A DNA stretch of 64,000 nt from Nitrosopumilus sp. (GCA_965219345.1 OZ244732.1:32001-96000); one strand, 5' to 3'. Shown: positions 1 to 10,916, counted from the stretch's first letter. Notes: generated by a model not told the origin, from the sequence alone. Program-made: numbers and translations.

Positions 1-96
1 TATAGCGTTCCACATTATTTGTTTGTAGGAATTTCTTAAATTTCTTTTCTAATTACAATCAAGGTTTATATGAAATATCTAAAGGATTTTGGGTAC

Positions 97-489
97 ATGT
101 CCATTATTGAGACCATCACAGACGTAGATAATACATTTCTAACTAGAAGAGAGATTACATGTAATTTTGCAGGATTAGGAGGCAAACTCAAGAAACTTGA
201 AGCAGTGGATATGATTACTAAGGAATTCAAACTAGATGGTAAAGTTGTCATTCCAGTGGGATTAAAAACGCAGGTAGGAAAACCAACAATTACAGGAACT
301 TTCTATGTATATGATGATGAAGGATTAGCAAAAAAGCACGTCAACCCAACAATTTTCTCAAGATTAGAAAAAACAAAAACAAAATTAGCAGAAGCTGAAG
401 CAGTAACAGAAGAAGCTCCTGCTGAAGAAACTAAAGTGAAAGCAGATGAGAAACCAGCTGAAGAAACTAAAGAGGAGAAATCGGAATAA
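97..489 (+). CDS. rps24e: 30S ribosomal protein S24e
   Basis: N-terminal NTFLTRREI motif, acidic tail, adjacent to rps27ae; ATG at 97 preferred over the ORF-track start at 70. Confidence 0.9.
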   Translation: MSIIETITDVDNTFLTRREITCNFAGLGGKLKKLEAVDMITKEFKLDGKVVIPVGLKTQVGKPTITGTFYVYDDEGLAKKHVNPTIFSRLEKTKTKLAEAEAVTEEAPAEETKVKADEKPAEETKEEKSE

Positions 490-662
490 TGACTGGTAAA
501 AAAGGTTCAAGCCCAAATGTTTACAAATATTTCAAAGTAGATGGAGATAAAATATCAAGAATTAGAAAGATTTGTTCAAGATGTGGAAAAGGCGTATTTA
601 TGTCAGAACACAAAGACAGACACGCATGTGGAAAGTGTGGACTAACAGAATTTAATCAATAA
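489..662 (+). CDS. rps27ae: 30S ribosomal protein S27ae (57 aa; not in ORF track)
   Basis: Manual translation [57 protein letters not shown] with C4 zinc ribbon; start overlaps the rps24e stop (TAATG). Confidence 0.95.
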   Translation: MTGKKGSSPNVYKYFKVDGDKISRIRKICSRCGKGVFMSEHKDRHACGKCGLTEFNQ

Positions 663-676
663 AAAATTATTTAACT

Positions 677-1384
677 TTAGTAAATTCTTTTTTTGTGAAT
701 TTTAGAACTTTTTTCTTCTAATTGTTCAATTTTTGAAATAAATGCAGGAACCAGTTTAATTTTAGAAAGAGATTCTACAGATAATTTTACAGTGTTAGTA
801 TCCAAAGAGATATTAGATTTTGGGAGATTTCTATCAGCCCAAAACTTCATGACCTTATCTTCAAGTTTAAAATCACGAAACCCCGCAGGAAATTTTTTTG
901 TAATATGGTTCAACAAAGTACGATCTTTGAAAACAACTCTAGGTTCAAACAGCCTAGTTTCATCACTGTAAACATTTTCAAATAAATTTCCAGAGATTTC
1001 GTCTGAAAGTAATTCCATCTTTGAAATTTTCCTCATTAATTCCAGAAAATGTAAAAACTCGTGTGCCAAAATTGCATGAATTGTTCCCTTGAGTCCATAA
1101 GCAACCAAAGGCGCAGAAATCTGTATTACAACCTGAAATTTTTCTTCAAACATCACAGGAATTGTTCTTGCAAACAAGATTCCAAACTCGTAAGAATTTG
1201 GGTTGGGAGATGATATTACAAGAGAAGGTTCCACATAAGCAGTGGGAAATTTAATTCTTGAGGCTTTTTCAATTCTATTTATTCCTGCAACAACAATAGG
1301 AAATCGTTCTATTGTAAGATCATACACATCGTCAGGAATTATTCCTTTAGTATGTGCTTCTTTCAAGCGTATTAATGGATCCAA
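677..1384 (-). CDS. Conserved hypothetical protein with zincin-like HEFLH motif
   Basis: 235-aa ORF containing AILAHEFLH (HExxH). Confidence 0.7.
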   Translation of the reverse strand: MDPLIRLKEAHTKGIIPDDVYDLTIERFPIVVAGINRIEKASRIKFPTAYVEPSLVISSPNPNSYEFGILFARTIPVMFEEKFQVVIQISAPLVAYGLKGTIHAILAHEFLHFLELMRKISKMELLSDEISGNLFENVYSDETRLFEPRVVFKDRTLLNHITKKFPAGFRDFKLEDKVMKFWADRNLPKSNISLDTNTVKLSVESLSKIKLVPAFISKIEQLEEKSSKIHKKRIY

Positions 1385-1426
1385 TATTTCTCTTCGACAG
1401 TTTTGAATGTAAAAAGGTTGATTTAG

Positions 1427-1525
1427 CTAAGATCTAGGTTTTCCAGATTTCGCTTTCTTTTTTCTACGTGTGTCAGCCTTTTGATCAGCATGTCTTTTGT
1501 GTTTACCTTTTTTTCTTATTGGCAT
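1427..1525 (-). CDS. Small highly basic protein (32 aa)
   Basis: ATG..TAG frame MPIRKKGKHKRHADQKADTRRKKKAKSGKPRS filling the intergenic gap. Confidence 0.6.
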   Translation of the reverse strand: MPIRKKGKHKRHADQKADTRRKKKAKSGKPRS

Positions 1526-1545
1526 ATTTTTGTACAATTTCAGCG

Positions 1546-4444
1546 TTAATTAATTGTTACATTGACTTGTGCAGTAGTAGGATTATTAGCTAAATCAGTG
1601 GCAGTATACAAGAAACTTGTATCACCTATAAAATTGGTTTCAGGTGTGAATGATATAGCAAATCCATCAAAACCAAATATTGTGGCAGTACCACGGGTTC
1701 CAGTGTTATTAATAGATGTTACATTAAGAATATCTCCAGTGTCTACATCAAAGTCATTTGATAGCACATCAATTATGTTACCTGCAGAATTGAATCCCAC
1801 TATTGCATTATCATCAACTGCGGTTGGAAAATCAAATACAGGATTAATGTTGATTGTTACAGTTGCATGGTTTGATAGGACACCCTCAGAGTCTCGTATA
1901 ACATAGGTAAAAGAAGTAGAACCATCAAAATTTGAATCTGGTGTAAACAGCATAGAGAGATTATTAGGTGATACAGTTAAGGTACCGCCAACTATGTTAG
2001 AACCATCAAAGGATGATATCAAGAGAGAATCATTATTAGTTGCAATATCCACATCAATGTCATTTGATAAGATATTCAGAGTGTTGCTTGTAGAATCCTC
2101 AGTTACAGTTACAACATCATTAATTGCAATTGGTGCAGTATTGATATGAGGATTTACAGTGATTACAGCATCTGCAACACCTGAAGTTTGGGAACCATCA
2201 GTGACACGAAACGACAATGTATCAGTTCCTGTAAAGGAATCATTTGGAGTATATGTTATACGAGCTGTATTGTCATTAATAGTAGTAATACCAGATATAG
2301 TTCCAGATGCAGGAGTTCCAGGAAGTATGAGAAATGTTAACTGATCATCTTCTGGATCAAATCCTGTTAAGATTAATGATACATCTTGATTTTCAATTAT
2401 AGATACAGATTGGGAGTTTGCAGTGGGTCTTGTTAAATCAGGAACTGAAACTTGGATTGTTACAGTTACAGTATCAGAGAATACGCCTGATGCATCTCTG
2501 ACGTTGAATTGTAACGTGTCAGTTCCAGTAAATGATGAAAATGAAGTATATTGTATCATGGCTAATGTGGGAGTTGTGTTTGGTATCTGATTGGTAAAAT
2601 CAATCGAGCCGCCAGTAGGATTAGTTACAATGAAAAAGTCCAGTGTATCTCCTGTAGTAAGGTCAGGATCTGATGCAGTCAGAGTGATTGATGTGGGATT
2701 TCCACGTACTGTAGAGACAGTTGTTGGGTTTGCAGTAGGAGGCAATGCAAATGGATTTACAACTATTGTTCCCTGCATCCATGGATCAAAGATTGAAAAA
2801 TACTCAAAGGTGCCAGGAGTTTGTAGTGTTACAGCAAATGTTTCACCCGGTAAAACAATTCCACTATTCCAAATGTTATCAGGTCCACTAAATGGAGTTC
2901 CACTGGTAAATGTATGTGGGGTACTATCAGTATTTGAAAATGTAACGGTATCACCAGGATCAACCATGGCAGCATTTGGAATGTAACAGTTTGGTTCACA
3001 ACCACGAGATGTATCAGATGCAAGAGTTATAGTTGCATCAGCTAAGATGGTGGGGATATTTTCTACAGTTGTAACAAGAGAGGTTGAATCAAAAATAGAA
3101 AGATCTGTTTGAATTATTCCCTGACTAATTAGATATTCTATTGGAGTTGCATATTCTAGATCAGTGATAAGATCTTGGGACCACCATAATGAAACTTGTT
3201 TCACCCAAGTAGGAATACTTGCACCTTGATTAGATACTTGATTGCTAGTATCCACATTGATAAGTTCGTTATCAATAAGATATGCTAATGCTTCAACATA
3301 TTTCTCATCAGTAATTTTACCAACAACATCTGGGATTCCATCATCATTAAAATCAGCCCAATCTTCAGCTAGATCAGTAATCCAATGTGGAATAACTAAA
3401 AATGAACCATCAATATCTTGTAAATCTAGATCTGCTTGTACTAATTCCCAAGGGGAAAAAATTGCATATCGCATATCAGTAGGACATGTTGTTGCAGGTA
3501 ATGGAGTACCACTAAAACAATTAGATCCAGCATGTATGCCGTACAAATATACATCATTTCCACTACTTATTGCAAAGATTGGTGCACCACTATCACCATC
3601 TAAACTAGCATAAGTTGCTAAGACTTGATTATTTTGGATTCCATAGGTTGGAGAATTTATCATTACACCCGTATATCGGATTATACCAGTAGTTTGTTGT
3701 ATAGTACTACCACCAAAAGGTTTGTCTATAATGCCACCAAGAATTACCGAGTCACCAACATTAGTTTGTGCCAAAGTTCTCGTATCAATTACATCATAAT
3801 TCTCCCCTACAGGATTGAGGATTTTTTGTGCTAGTGCAATATTTGGTAATGATTCTACAAATGCTGCATCACTATTACGCGATGTTAATGGATTTGAAAA
3901 AATATTCCCAATTGGATAATTTGTAGGACTGAATGAATCATAGTTTGGTTGATAGATTATGGTATCATTACTAGTATTAGTAACATGACCTGACATTACA
4001 AACCCATTTTGACCATTAGTTGTAGATACGGGAATTGCTAGTACTCCACCAAAAAGATTAGTACTTGTTTCAATACCCCCCAATGGCTGGTACACAATGA
4101 TCAGATGTTGAATCACATGTTTCTTCAATTATGAAACTATAACCTACATTAAGTGGTATGTTGTTTCCAACAATACCTTGTAGTATATTTGTAAAATCAT
4201 CTATGCTCTGTGTTGAGTTATTATCCATACCTACAACAAGTTCTCCTGATGTTCCATTTACGAATGAAATCACTACAGGTAAATAATTTGGATCAGATAA
4301 TGATAATAGTTCTCGACTATCAGATAACAAGTAATTCTGTAATGATTCTTGTGCATCATGTAAATCTTGATTGGCATATTCTTGAGCATAAGCTGGCATA
4401 ATAAAGATTAAAACTAATGAAACAATCAGAAATAATTTATTCAT
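1546..4444 (-). pseudogene. Secreted multidomain S1 (trypsin/alpha-lytic-like) serine protease with IPxW domains, degenerate cupredoxin and Big_9/cadherin-like repeats; split by a +1 frameshift
   Basis: Signal peptide and pro-region in ORF 4070-4444; triad motifs SGHV / SDAA / GDSGAP in ORF 1546-4128; frames join (PAIGG-IETS) if the G6 tract at 4076-4081 is G5. Confidence 0.8.
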
Positions 4445-5336
4445 TTTTTACTTCAAAACTAATTTGATACACAAAATATGGTGTCTTATGACCTAACATA
4501 CAATTATGTTCTGTGATATCAATTTGCATAAGATCATTCTGAAAAATAAATTCTGTTTTTCCTTGTGAAAGAAATAAATCGTTAAAAGTATAATCCGCAT
4601 TATCTAAATAATTTTTTATTACAACTTGTTCATCATATTGAATAGTTACAATTTCAAATTTGTCGAATATTTTAAAGGATGATTCTTCATATATGGATCC
4701 AGGTTTTCCAATATAATCATTTGAATTACATCTACCCTGTAATAATTTTCCATAATCTTCAATTGTGCCCGGTACATTTTTGATTGATGTTCGAGGATCT
4801 GACCATGCAACAGGATCTAATCCATCATTAGAAACAATACTAAAACCAAAAGTTCTAGAAAATAAATCTTTGGTAGTTTTATATGGGATTTTTTTATGTT
4901 TGTCTATTAGATTGTAAATTAAAAAATCATCAGTAGTTTTTTTAACTTCTTCATGTATGGTATACACTATGTCATTATTTTGTTCATCTATACTATAAAC
5001 AACAGTAACATGTCTATCAAGTAAATTATTTTTTTGAAATAGATACTCTGCATCAAATAATCTCATAAAATGAGGAGAATGGGGATTATTCCATCCAATC
5101 CAGCTATTGTCGAGTTTTTCAATACTTGTTTCATTAATGCAGACAGGCAAATTATTTTTAATTTTAAAAAACAGAACTTTTCCTTCGTTACATTCTACAT
5201 CTTGAGGCAATACACCTGATTCTAATTGAAAATTAGGACTGCCAGGAAATGAAGCAAAAGATACAGGTATCAAACTAGTTAAAACCACAGCTAGAGTAAA
5301 TCCTAAAATAACTGAAATCTTAATTTTTGTTTCCAA
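4437..5336 (-). CDS. Secreted protein with N-terminal thaumarchaeal SPxxQ..C..C surface motif
   Basis: Signal peptide, then SPNFQLESGVLPQDVECNEGKVLFFKIKNNLPVCINETSIEKL; overlaps the protease start by 8 nt. Confidence 0.75.
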   Translation of the reverse strand: METKIKISVILGFTLAVVLTSLIPVSFASFPGSPNFQLESGVLPQDVECNEGKVLFFKIKNNLPVCINETSIEKLDNSWIGWNNPHSPHFMRLFDAEYLFQKNNLLDRHVTVVYSIDEQNNDIVYTIHEEVKKTTDDFLIYNLIDKHKKIPYKTTKDLFSRTFGFSIVSNDGLDPVAWSDPRTSIKNVPGTIEDYGKLLQGRCNSNDYIGKPGSIYEESSFKIFDKFEIVTIQYDEQVVIKNYLDNADYTFNDLFLSQGKTEFIFQNDLMQIDITEHNCMLGHKTPYFVYQISFEVKNE

Positions 5337-5380
5337 TAATATAAAATCTGGTATTTACAGATATAAAATTGACCTTACAC

Positions 5381-5845
5381 TAGAGATTATGCGTAATCGA
5401 TCATAATGTCAGCACAATACGTGGTTTTACGACACAGACACACGTCAGCGACAGGACGGCTTGCAGCCAGACAATCCGCACAACACATGAACAAAAACGC
5501 CAGAATCCAAAATGCGGTGCGCAGCCAGCAGACCCAAAGTAGTTTCTCGATCCTCGTGATAAAACAGAAACGCCAGAACCCAAAATGCGGTGCGCAGCCC
5601 TGCCTGCGTCCACTGGGATGTCGATGCCATGTCTGGTCTTCCACAGGCCGCGCTCAAGATCTAGCTCCTTGCCTTTCTGCTCCAGCTCCTTGCCTTTCTG
5701 CCCCAGAGTCTTCTTTAGTTTTTTGTTCTCCTGTTGCAGCTGGCGTATGGTTTGATCAGATGAATCTGGCATTTGACATGTGGTGGTATCGTGTCTGATC
5801 TAAACTTATCGGCGTGGGGTTTGGAGGGATTACGCATAATCTCTA
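5381..5845 (-). mobile_element. MITE/non-autonomous element, family A copy 1, with short coiled-coil ORF 5401-5772
   Basis: Perfect 18-bp TIR TAGAGATTATGCGTAATC (5381-5398 / 5828-5845), TA at both ends, GC-rich interior. Confidence 0.85.
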
Positions 5846-6988
5846 TTATACTTTGATATCAAGGAAATCAAAATTTTGACACTTACACGATGTATTAAGG
5901 ATTTGAGAAATTCCGGGTGAAACATCATCACTATTTACAAATCTCTTTACCGGAAATCCTCCTTCAGCTATGATAAACAAGGTAAAGATATTTTTAGAAT
6001 TCTTTTTGTATTTTACAGCAAAAATTTTTTTCTCAGAACATTTTCCAGATTTTTCATAAACTACTATAGGGTATTTTTGGAGATCTTTTAATTTTTTCAG
6101 ATTTTTTGAATTAATTGCATCCTCAGTAGAAATTTTCAATTCTATTGATGAATTGAATTTAAGAGGTTTTTTAGGAGATTCTGGGACAATTTTGAGATTA
6201 GTAATTTTGAGAAAATCAAATGTCACAGAAGTTAATTTCGAATTTCTTTTAAGAGGATTTTTAATTTTAACAAAAAACGGTCTACCGGTGCCTAAAACCA
6301 GACTAGATTTGTCTTCACCACCAATCCATGTAAATTTAGCAGTAGAACCACCAAATTTTTTAAAAAGGAGTTGAGAAATTATTCCTTCAATACTATCAAA
6401 TTCAGAGATTCCATGAAAATTGCAAATTCTACATCCTTTTCCAGAACAATTTTCGCAAGACTTTTGCTTTTGTGGAATTCCTCGTAAGGTTTTGATATAT
6501 CTGCCAGAGAGAAACAGTGATTTTGAACGTATTTGACAAGATTCATCTTTCAGGTTTACTGTAAAAGTTACATCTGGATCCAAAAAATCAATAACCTTTT
6601 TTGTTTTTCTGGAAAATAATTTTCTCAATTCATTTGATATATCGGTCTTTACACTATCAATTCCTTTTAATTTGTATTTTGAACGAATGTAATCATCTCT
6701 ATCAATAATAGAAGGTTTGATTATAACTCCCACATTAAATGATAAAAAAGAATAATTTAATGAAACATCAAGCATCAATTTCAAAAAATGATTTAGATTG
6801 TCAAACAGATTTTTACAGATATAGCATTTTTGAGTGGAGTTTAGATTTTTTTGAAGTTTTTTGCCAAGAAGTTTGTTGGATGAAAGATGTAATTGTTTTG
6901 AGAATAATCTACCTAAACAATTCTCACATAATTCATATTTTTTTAGGATTGGATTTGCAATAAGGGTAATTTGTTGATAATCAGACAT
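5846..6988 (-). CDS. pus10: tRNA pseudouridine(54/55) synthase Pus10
   Basis: LCENCLGR N-terminus, GRYIKTLRGIPQ, GGEDKSSLVLGTGRPF. Confidence 0.9.
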   Translation of the reverse strand: MSDYQQITLIANPILKKYELCENCLGRLFSKQLHLSSNKLLGKKLQKNLNSTQKCYICKNLFDNLNHFLKLMLDVSLNYSFLSFNVGVIIKPSIIDRDDYIRSKYKLKGIDSVKTDISNELRKLFSRKTKKVIDFLDPDVTFTVNLKDESCQIRSKSLFLSGRYIKTLRGIPQKQKSCENCSGKGCRICNFHGISEFDSIEGIISQLLFKKFGGSTAKFTWIGGEDKSSLVLGTGRPFFVKIKNPLKRNSKLTSVTFDFLKITNLKIVPESPKKPLKFNSSIELKISTEDAINSKNLKKLKDLQKYPIVVYEKSGKCSEKKIFAVKYKKNSKNIFTLFIIAEGGFPVKRFVNSDDVSPGISQILNTSCKCQNFDFLDIKV

Positions 6989-7014
6989 GTTAGAAGAAAG
7001 TTTGGCGTGTAAGA

Positions 7015-8340
7015 TTATCCTAATCCCATTTTTCTAAGTGTACCTTGCATTTGGCGCCCTTTGGAAGCCTTCATCATATTCTTCGAGTTTTTGTAATTTT
7101 TGATAAGTTCTTTAACCTCACCTTCGGGCCAGCCAGAACCACGAGCAATTCGTTTAATTCTTGATGAATTAAGCAAGTCAGGATCTGCTTTTTCACCTTT
7201 AGTCATACTTTGAATAATGTATCTCCATTTTGATACTCTATCTTCCATCTGATCTACTTGATCTTCTTTTACCATTCCTGAAAGACCAGGCATGCTCTCA
7301 AGAATTCCTTGTAAGGAGCCCATCTTAGTTACTTCTTCTAACTGATAAAGAAAATCTTCCATGTTCATTTTTCCACTAGAGATTCTTTTCATCCTTACAT
7401 CATCGCCCTCATCTTCCAATCGTTTTGCCAAATCCAATACAGCTTGAACATCACCCATGCCAAGTAATCGTCCAACAAATCGTGTAGGAGAGAATTTTTC
7501 TAAATCATCAATTCGTTCACCAGTACCAATGTACATTATTTGTGCACCAGTAGCTGCTGATGCAGCAAGTGCGCCACCGCCTTTTGCAGAACTATCTAAT
7601 TTTGTAATAATTACACCACCAACAGGGATAGTTTTGTGAAATGCTTCTGCTTGATTGTAACATTGTTGTCCGATAGTTCCATCAATTACAAGTAATGCTA
7701 AATCTGGTTCTGCAACTTTGTTAATTCTAGCTATCTCTTCAAGTAAGTCTTTCTCTTCTTTGTGACGTCCTGCTGTATCAATTAGAATTACATCTAACGG
7801 TTGTCCTGCAAAATGTTTTAATCCATTTTTTACAATGTTGGGAGAATCTTTGTTATTTTCTTCGCCATAGACTTCGACATTTGATTTTTCGCACATTGTT
7901 CTGAGTTGAACCAGTGCACCAGGCCTGTAGGTATCAGCACCAACAACTCCAACTTTGTATCCTTGTCTAGTTAAAAACTTGGCAAGTTTGGATGTAACAG
8001 TAGTTTTACCACTACCTTGAATTCCAAGCAAAATTAGTTTATTTTGCTTTCCAGGTTCGAAATCAAAATCAGACTCATTTCCCAGTAATTTTGAAAGTTC
8101 ATCGTAGAGGATCTTTACAATATGATCCTTACGTGAAAGACCAGGAGGAGGAGTCTCATTTAGTGCTCGTTCTTCCAGTTGTTTTGTAATTTCAAGAACT
8201 AATCTGACATTTACATCAGATTGTAATAATGCTCTTTGAACATCTTTAGAAAGATCTTTGATAAGTTCCTCGTCTATGCCTGAAGACTTGACAATCTTCT
8301 TGATTGCGGCACCTAAACTATCCTTAAGTCCATCAAGCAT
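7015..8340 (-). CDS. srp54: Signal recognition particle protein Srp54
   Basis: GIQGSGKTT, DTAGR, TKLD GTPase motifs; M domain with SRIKRIARGSG. Confidence 0.97.
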   Translation of the reverse strand: MLDGLKDSLGAAIKKIVKSSGIDEELIKDLSKDVQRALLQSDVNVRLVLEITKQLEERALNETPPPGLSRKDHIVKILYDELSKLLGNESDFDFEPGKQNKLILLGIQGSGKTTVTSKLAKFLTRQGYKVGVVGADTYRPGALVQLRTMCEKSNVEVYGEENNKDSPNIVKNGLKHFAGQPLDVILIDTAGRHKEEKDLLEEIARINKVAEPDLALLVIDGTIGQQCYNQAEAFHKTIPVGGVIITKLDSSAKGGGALAASAATGAQIMYIGTGERIDDLEKFSPTRFVGRLLGMGDVQAVLDLAKRLEDEGDDVRMKRISSGKMNMEDFLYQLEEVTKMGSLQGILESMPGLSGMVKEDQVDQMEDRVSKWRYIIQSMTKGEKADPDLLNSSRIKRIARGSGWPEGEVKELIKNYKNSKNMMKASKGRQMQGTLRKMGLG

Positions 8341-9022
8341 TGTAATTCAATCCCGCATCCATTATTTCAAACCTTCCTCTATATCCATCCCATATTTTTT
8401 TGGCCTGATTGATTTTAACTGAATTTGAAAAGAGAGGACAATCAACCACAAATGTTTCTGCTTCACCTCCTTCAAAGTTTAAGTTAAATCCAAATTTGTC
8501 AGACAAATGCTTTAAAGTATCAATATCAGATTTCGATATAGTTTTTCCTAACCAAGTGTCATCTAAGCCATCAGAAGACACAGTTATCATAATAAAAACA
8601 AAGTTAGAGTCTAGTAAATCATTCATGTATTGTTCTGGTTTAGTACCCCATAATGGTGAAACTACAATCAAGTCTAATTTTGAGCAAAGAGTTTCAAATT
8701 TTTCCTTTTGAAATTGGCTTTTAATTCCACCATGAACCAATCCTTCAATATGGAATTGTTCTTTAGCATTTTTTAACAAAGTCTCTAGTGCAAATAATTC
8801 ATCATTAGTTTCATCAGACTTGGAATGAATAGTTAATTGAGGAATTTTCATAGATTCAGATTGTAATTTTGTCCATTGTAAATTGGGATGATGTAGTAAA
8901 TGACTTTCTTCAGATTTTGTAAAGACACTTAGAAGACATGTAACCTTATGTCCTTGTTTTTGTGCCAGATAGATAGCATAAGTGCTATCTTTTCCACCTG
9001 AAAAAAAAGAACCTAGATTCAT
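8333..9022 (-). CDS. dph6: Diphthine--ammonia ligase (PP-loop ATPase)
   Basis: SGGKDS PP-loop and EGGEAET motif. Confidence 0.85.
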   Translation of the reverse strand: MNLGSFFSGGKDSTYAIYLAQKQGHKVTCLLSVFTKSEESHLLHHPNLQWTKLQSESMKIPQLTIHSKSDETNDELFALETLLKNAKEQFHIEGLVHGGIKSQFQKEKFETLCSKLDLIVVSPLWGTKPEQYMNDLLDSNFVFIMITVSSDGLDDTWLGKTISKSDIDTLKHLSDKFGFNLNFEGGEAETFVVDCPLFSNSVKINQAKKIWDGYRGRFEIMDAGLNYNA

Positions 9023-9071
9023 GATCTAAAAAATATTCAATTCAACAAACTTTTGAAATTTGTTGAAAGGA

Positions 9072-9134
9072 GATGCTTCATTACTCATAATCCTCATCAA
9101 AAGTCAGACGGCTTTTCCGCTCATCATCAGCATC
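9072..9134 (-). ncRNA. C/D box guide sRNA; D guide predicted to direct Cm34 of a CAU-anticodon tRNA
   Basis: Minus strand gatgct-g-ATGATGA(C)-gcggaaaagccgt-CTGA(D')-ctt-TTGATGA(C')-ggattatgagta-ATGA(D variant)-agcatc, with terminal stem GATGCT/AGCATC. Confidence 0.85.
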
Positions 9135-9138
9135 CACA

Positions 9139-9549
9139 TTAGCTCTTAATGCGCATGATTTTAGTTTTATCCATAACGACCCAGTACTCTACATTTTGTC
9201 CATTCTGTAATTTGCCTTTAACTTCATCATCAATCATAGCTACATCAATTGTTTCAAATGTTTCAGAGTCCATTACTTGTACAGTGTCACCATTAATTGA
9301 GATGATTTGACCTACTTTCTTGTTAATCAATGGAATGTGAATTTGCATACTGACTGGCCCTACATGAGGTCTTTTTTGACCATCAAAAATTCCCTGGGCA
9401 ACAATTCTTGCTTTTGCTGAACCGTGTTTTCCTGGTTTTGATGTATCATACTCAACAATTCTGCATGGCTCCCCACTGGGTTGATCAGAATGTGGTAATA
9501 GAATGTAAGAACCAATTTTCAAAGAACCAAGATCTGAGGGTTTACTCAT
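9139..9549 (-). CDS. eif5a: Translation initiation factor 5A
   Basis: SKPGKHGSAK hypusine motif. Confidence 0.97.
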   Translation of the reverse strand: MSKPSDLGSLKIGSYILLPHSDQPSGEPCRIVEYDTSKPGKHGSAKARIVAQGIFDGQKRPHVGPVSMQIHIPLINKKVGQIISINGDTVQVMDSETFETIDVAMIDDEVKGKLQNGQNVEYWVVMDKTKIMRIKS

Positions 9550-9617
9550 GCAAAAACAGTTTTTCGTCGAATATTTAACTTTTCTAATTGGATACTAGTC
9601 TTAATTGTAATCAGAAT

Positions 9618-9764
9618 CTATTCTTTAAGAGCAGTTTGTATCAATGGTTTTAGTTTCATTGTCATTTTAAAAAAATCTTCGTTAGGTTCAATACTTGCAA
9701 CAAATAAGTTGCTATCGTCTATTGGAACGCTGATCAAAGTAACTTTGTCATATTCTAAAACAGA
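9618..9764 (-). pseudogene. 3' fragment of a thaumarchaeal DUF6659-like gene
   Basis: Reads SVLEYDKVTLISVPIDDSNLFVASIEPNEDFFKMTMKLKPLIQTALKE*; no start, abuts the ureD fragment. Confidence 0.55.
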
Positions 9765-10273
9765 TCCCTGATCAAATAATCCCATACAGGAACTCTAGAT
9801 ATTATCAAAAAGTAAATCTTAATCTACACAATAATTCCACTTTGATTTATTCAGAAATTTTAACTTTAGGGAGAGTCGCTATGGGAGAATCTTTTGAATA
9901 TGATATCTGTTACTTAAGAACACACTGTAAGAATCAGGATAAAAAAATAAGATTTTTAGAAAATACAAAGATTGAACCAAAAAAACAAAGATTGGGAGAT
10001 TTTGGGGTTTTGGGAAAGTATAGTATAGTAGGAACAGTCTACATCCTGACCAAAAAGGAATACGTGGTTGAACTAGAAGATACTATAAACGAAAACATTA
10101 GAAATATAGACGTAGTTTCTGTTGGAACATCCATTCTTCCAGGTGAATCAGGGATAGTCATTAGGGTTTTGGGAAATAGAACAGATAGTCTTTTTGATGT
10201 AATTTTCAAAACACTTGAAATCATCCGAAAGAAAATTCTTGGAGCAACAATTAGTAAAACAAGAAAAAATTGA
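9764..10273 (+). pseudogene. ureD: 5'-truncated urease accessory protein UreD
   Basis: In-frame IPDQIIPYRNSRYYQ...YSEILTLGRVAMGESFEY matches the C-terminal half of UreD; N-terminal half absent. Confidence 0.8.
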
Positions 10274-10301
10274 GTAAAATATAGGGAAAAAATTTAATTT
10301 T

Positions 10302-10916
10302 TTACTTTAGTTGATCAAGAAGTGAAAGGCTCATTAAATTAGTCATTATCAATCCTTTTCTGTTAACATCACGTCGTGTTTGTTCACAGTATCTCTTTAC
10401 ACTTTGATGACTCTTTTCACTTGTAACTTCAAGTACTAGAATATTTTCAGAGTACGGAAATGTAAATTTTGAAGGAGATAAGCAATGTGTATTCATGTTT
10501 CCAAGTCCAGCTTTTTCAACGTTCATTCTCTTTAGTAAGAGATTTGCAATTTCTTGCAAGTCTTCATCAGATTCTCCATACTCAATATAATATATGGAGA
10601 CAAAATTAGTTTGTCCTTGGACTTCTCTTTGAAATAGATCGTCTTTGATATTAAATACAAAAGCAGTTTTTTCTTGGTTGTGTTTAGAAAAATCTTTGGA
10701 TATCTGTGTGCTATCTTTGAATTTGGCTAGAAGATAATGATTAGTTGAATCAGAAAAATATGGTTTGCTTTCAGTAGAAAATGTACCTGTAACAAAAAAT
10801 AATTTTTCTATATTTTTTGAATTAATCCAAGATTCTTTTAGCTCAATAGATTCATGTGTGTGTAAATATGGAGCACAAACATAACCAGAATAAGATAATT
10901 CTAGCTTTGACATCAA
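10302..10916 (-). CDS. Conserved hypothetical protein
   Basis: 204-aa ORF with backbone-like codon usage. Confidence 0.7.
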   Translation of the reverse strand: MMSKLELSYSGYVCAPYLHTHESIELKESWINSKNIEKLFFVTGTFSTESKPYFSDSTNHYLLAKFKDSTQISKDFSKHNQEKTAFVFNIKDDLFQREVQGQTNFVSIYYIEYGESDEDLQEIANLLLKRMNVEKAGLGNMNTHCLSPSKFTFPYSENILVLEVTSEKSHQSVKRYCEQTRRDVNRKGLIMTNLMSLSLLDQLK

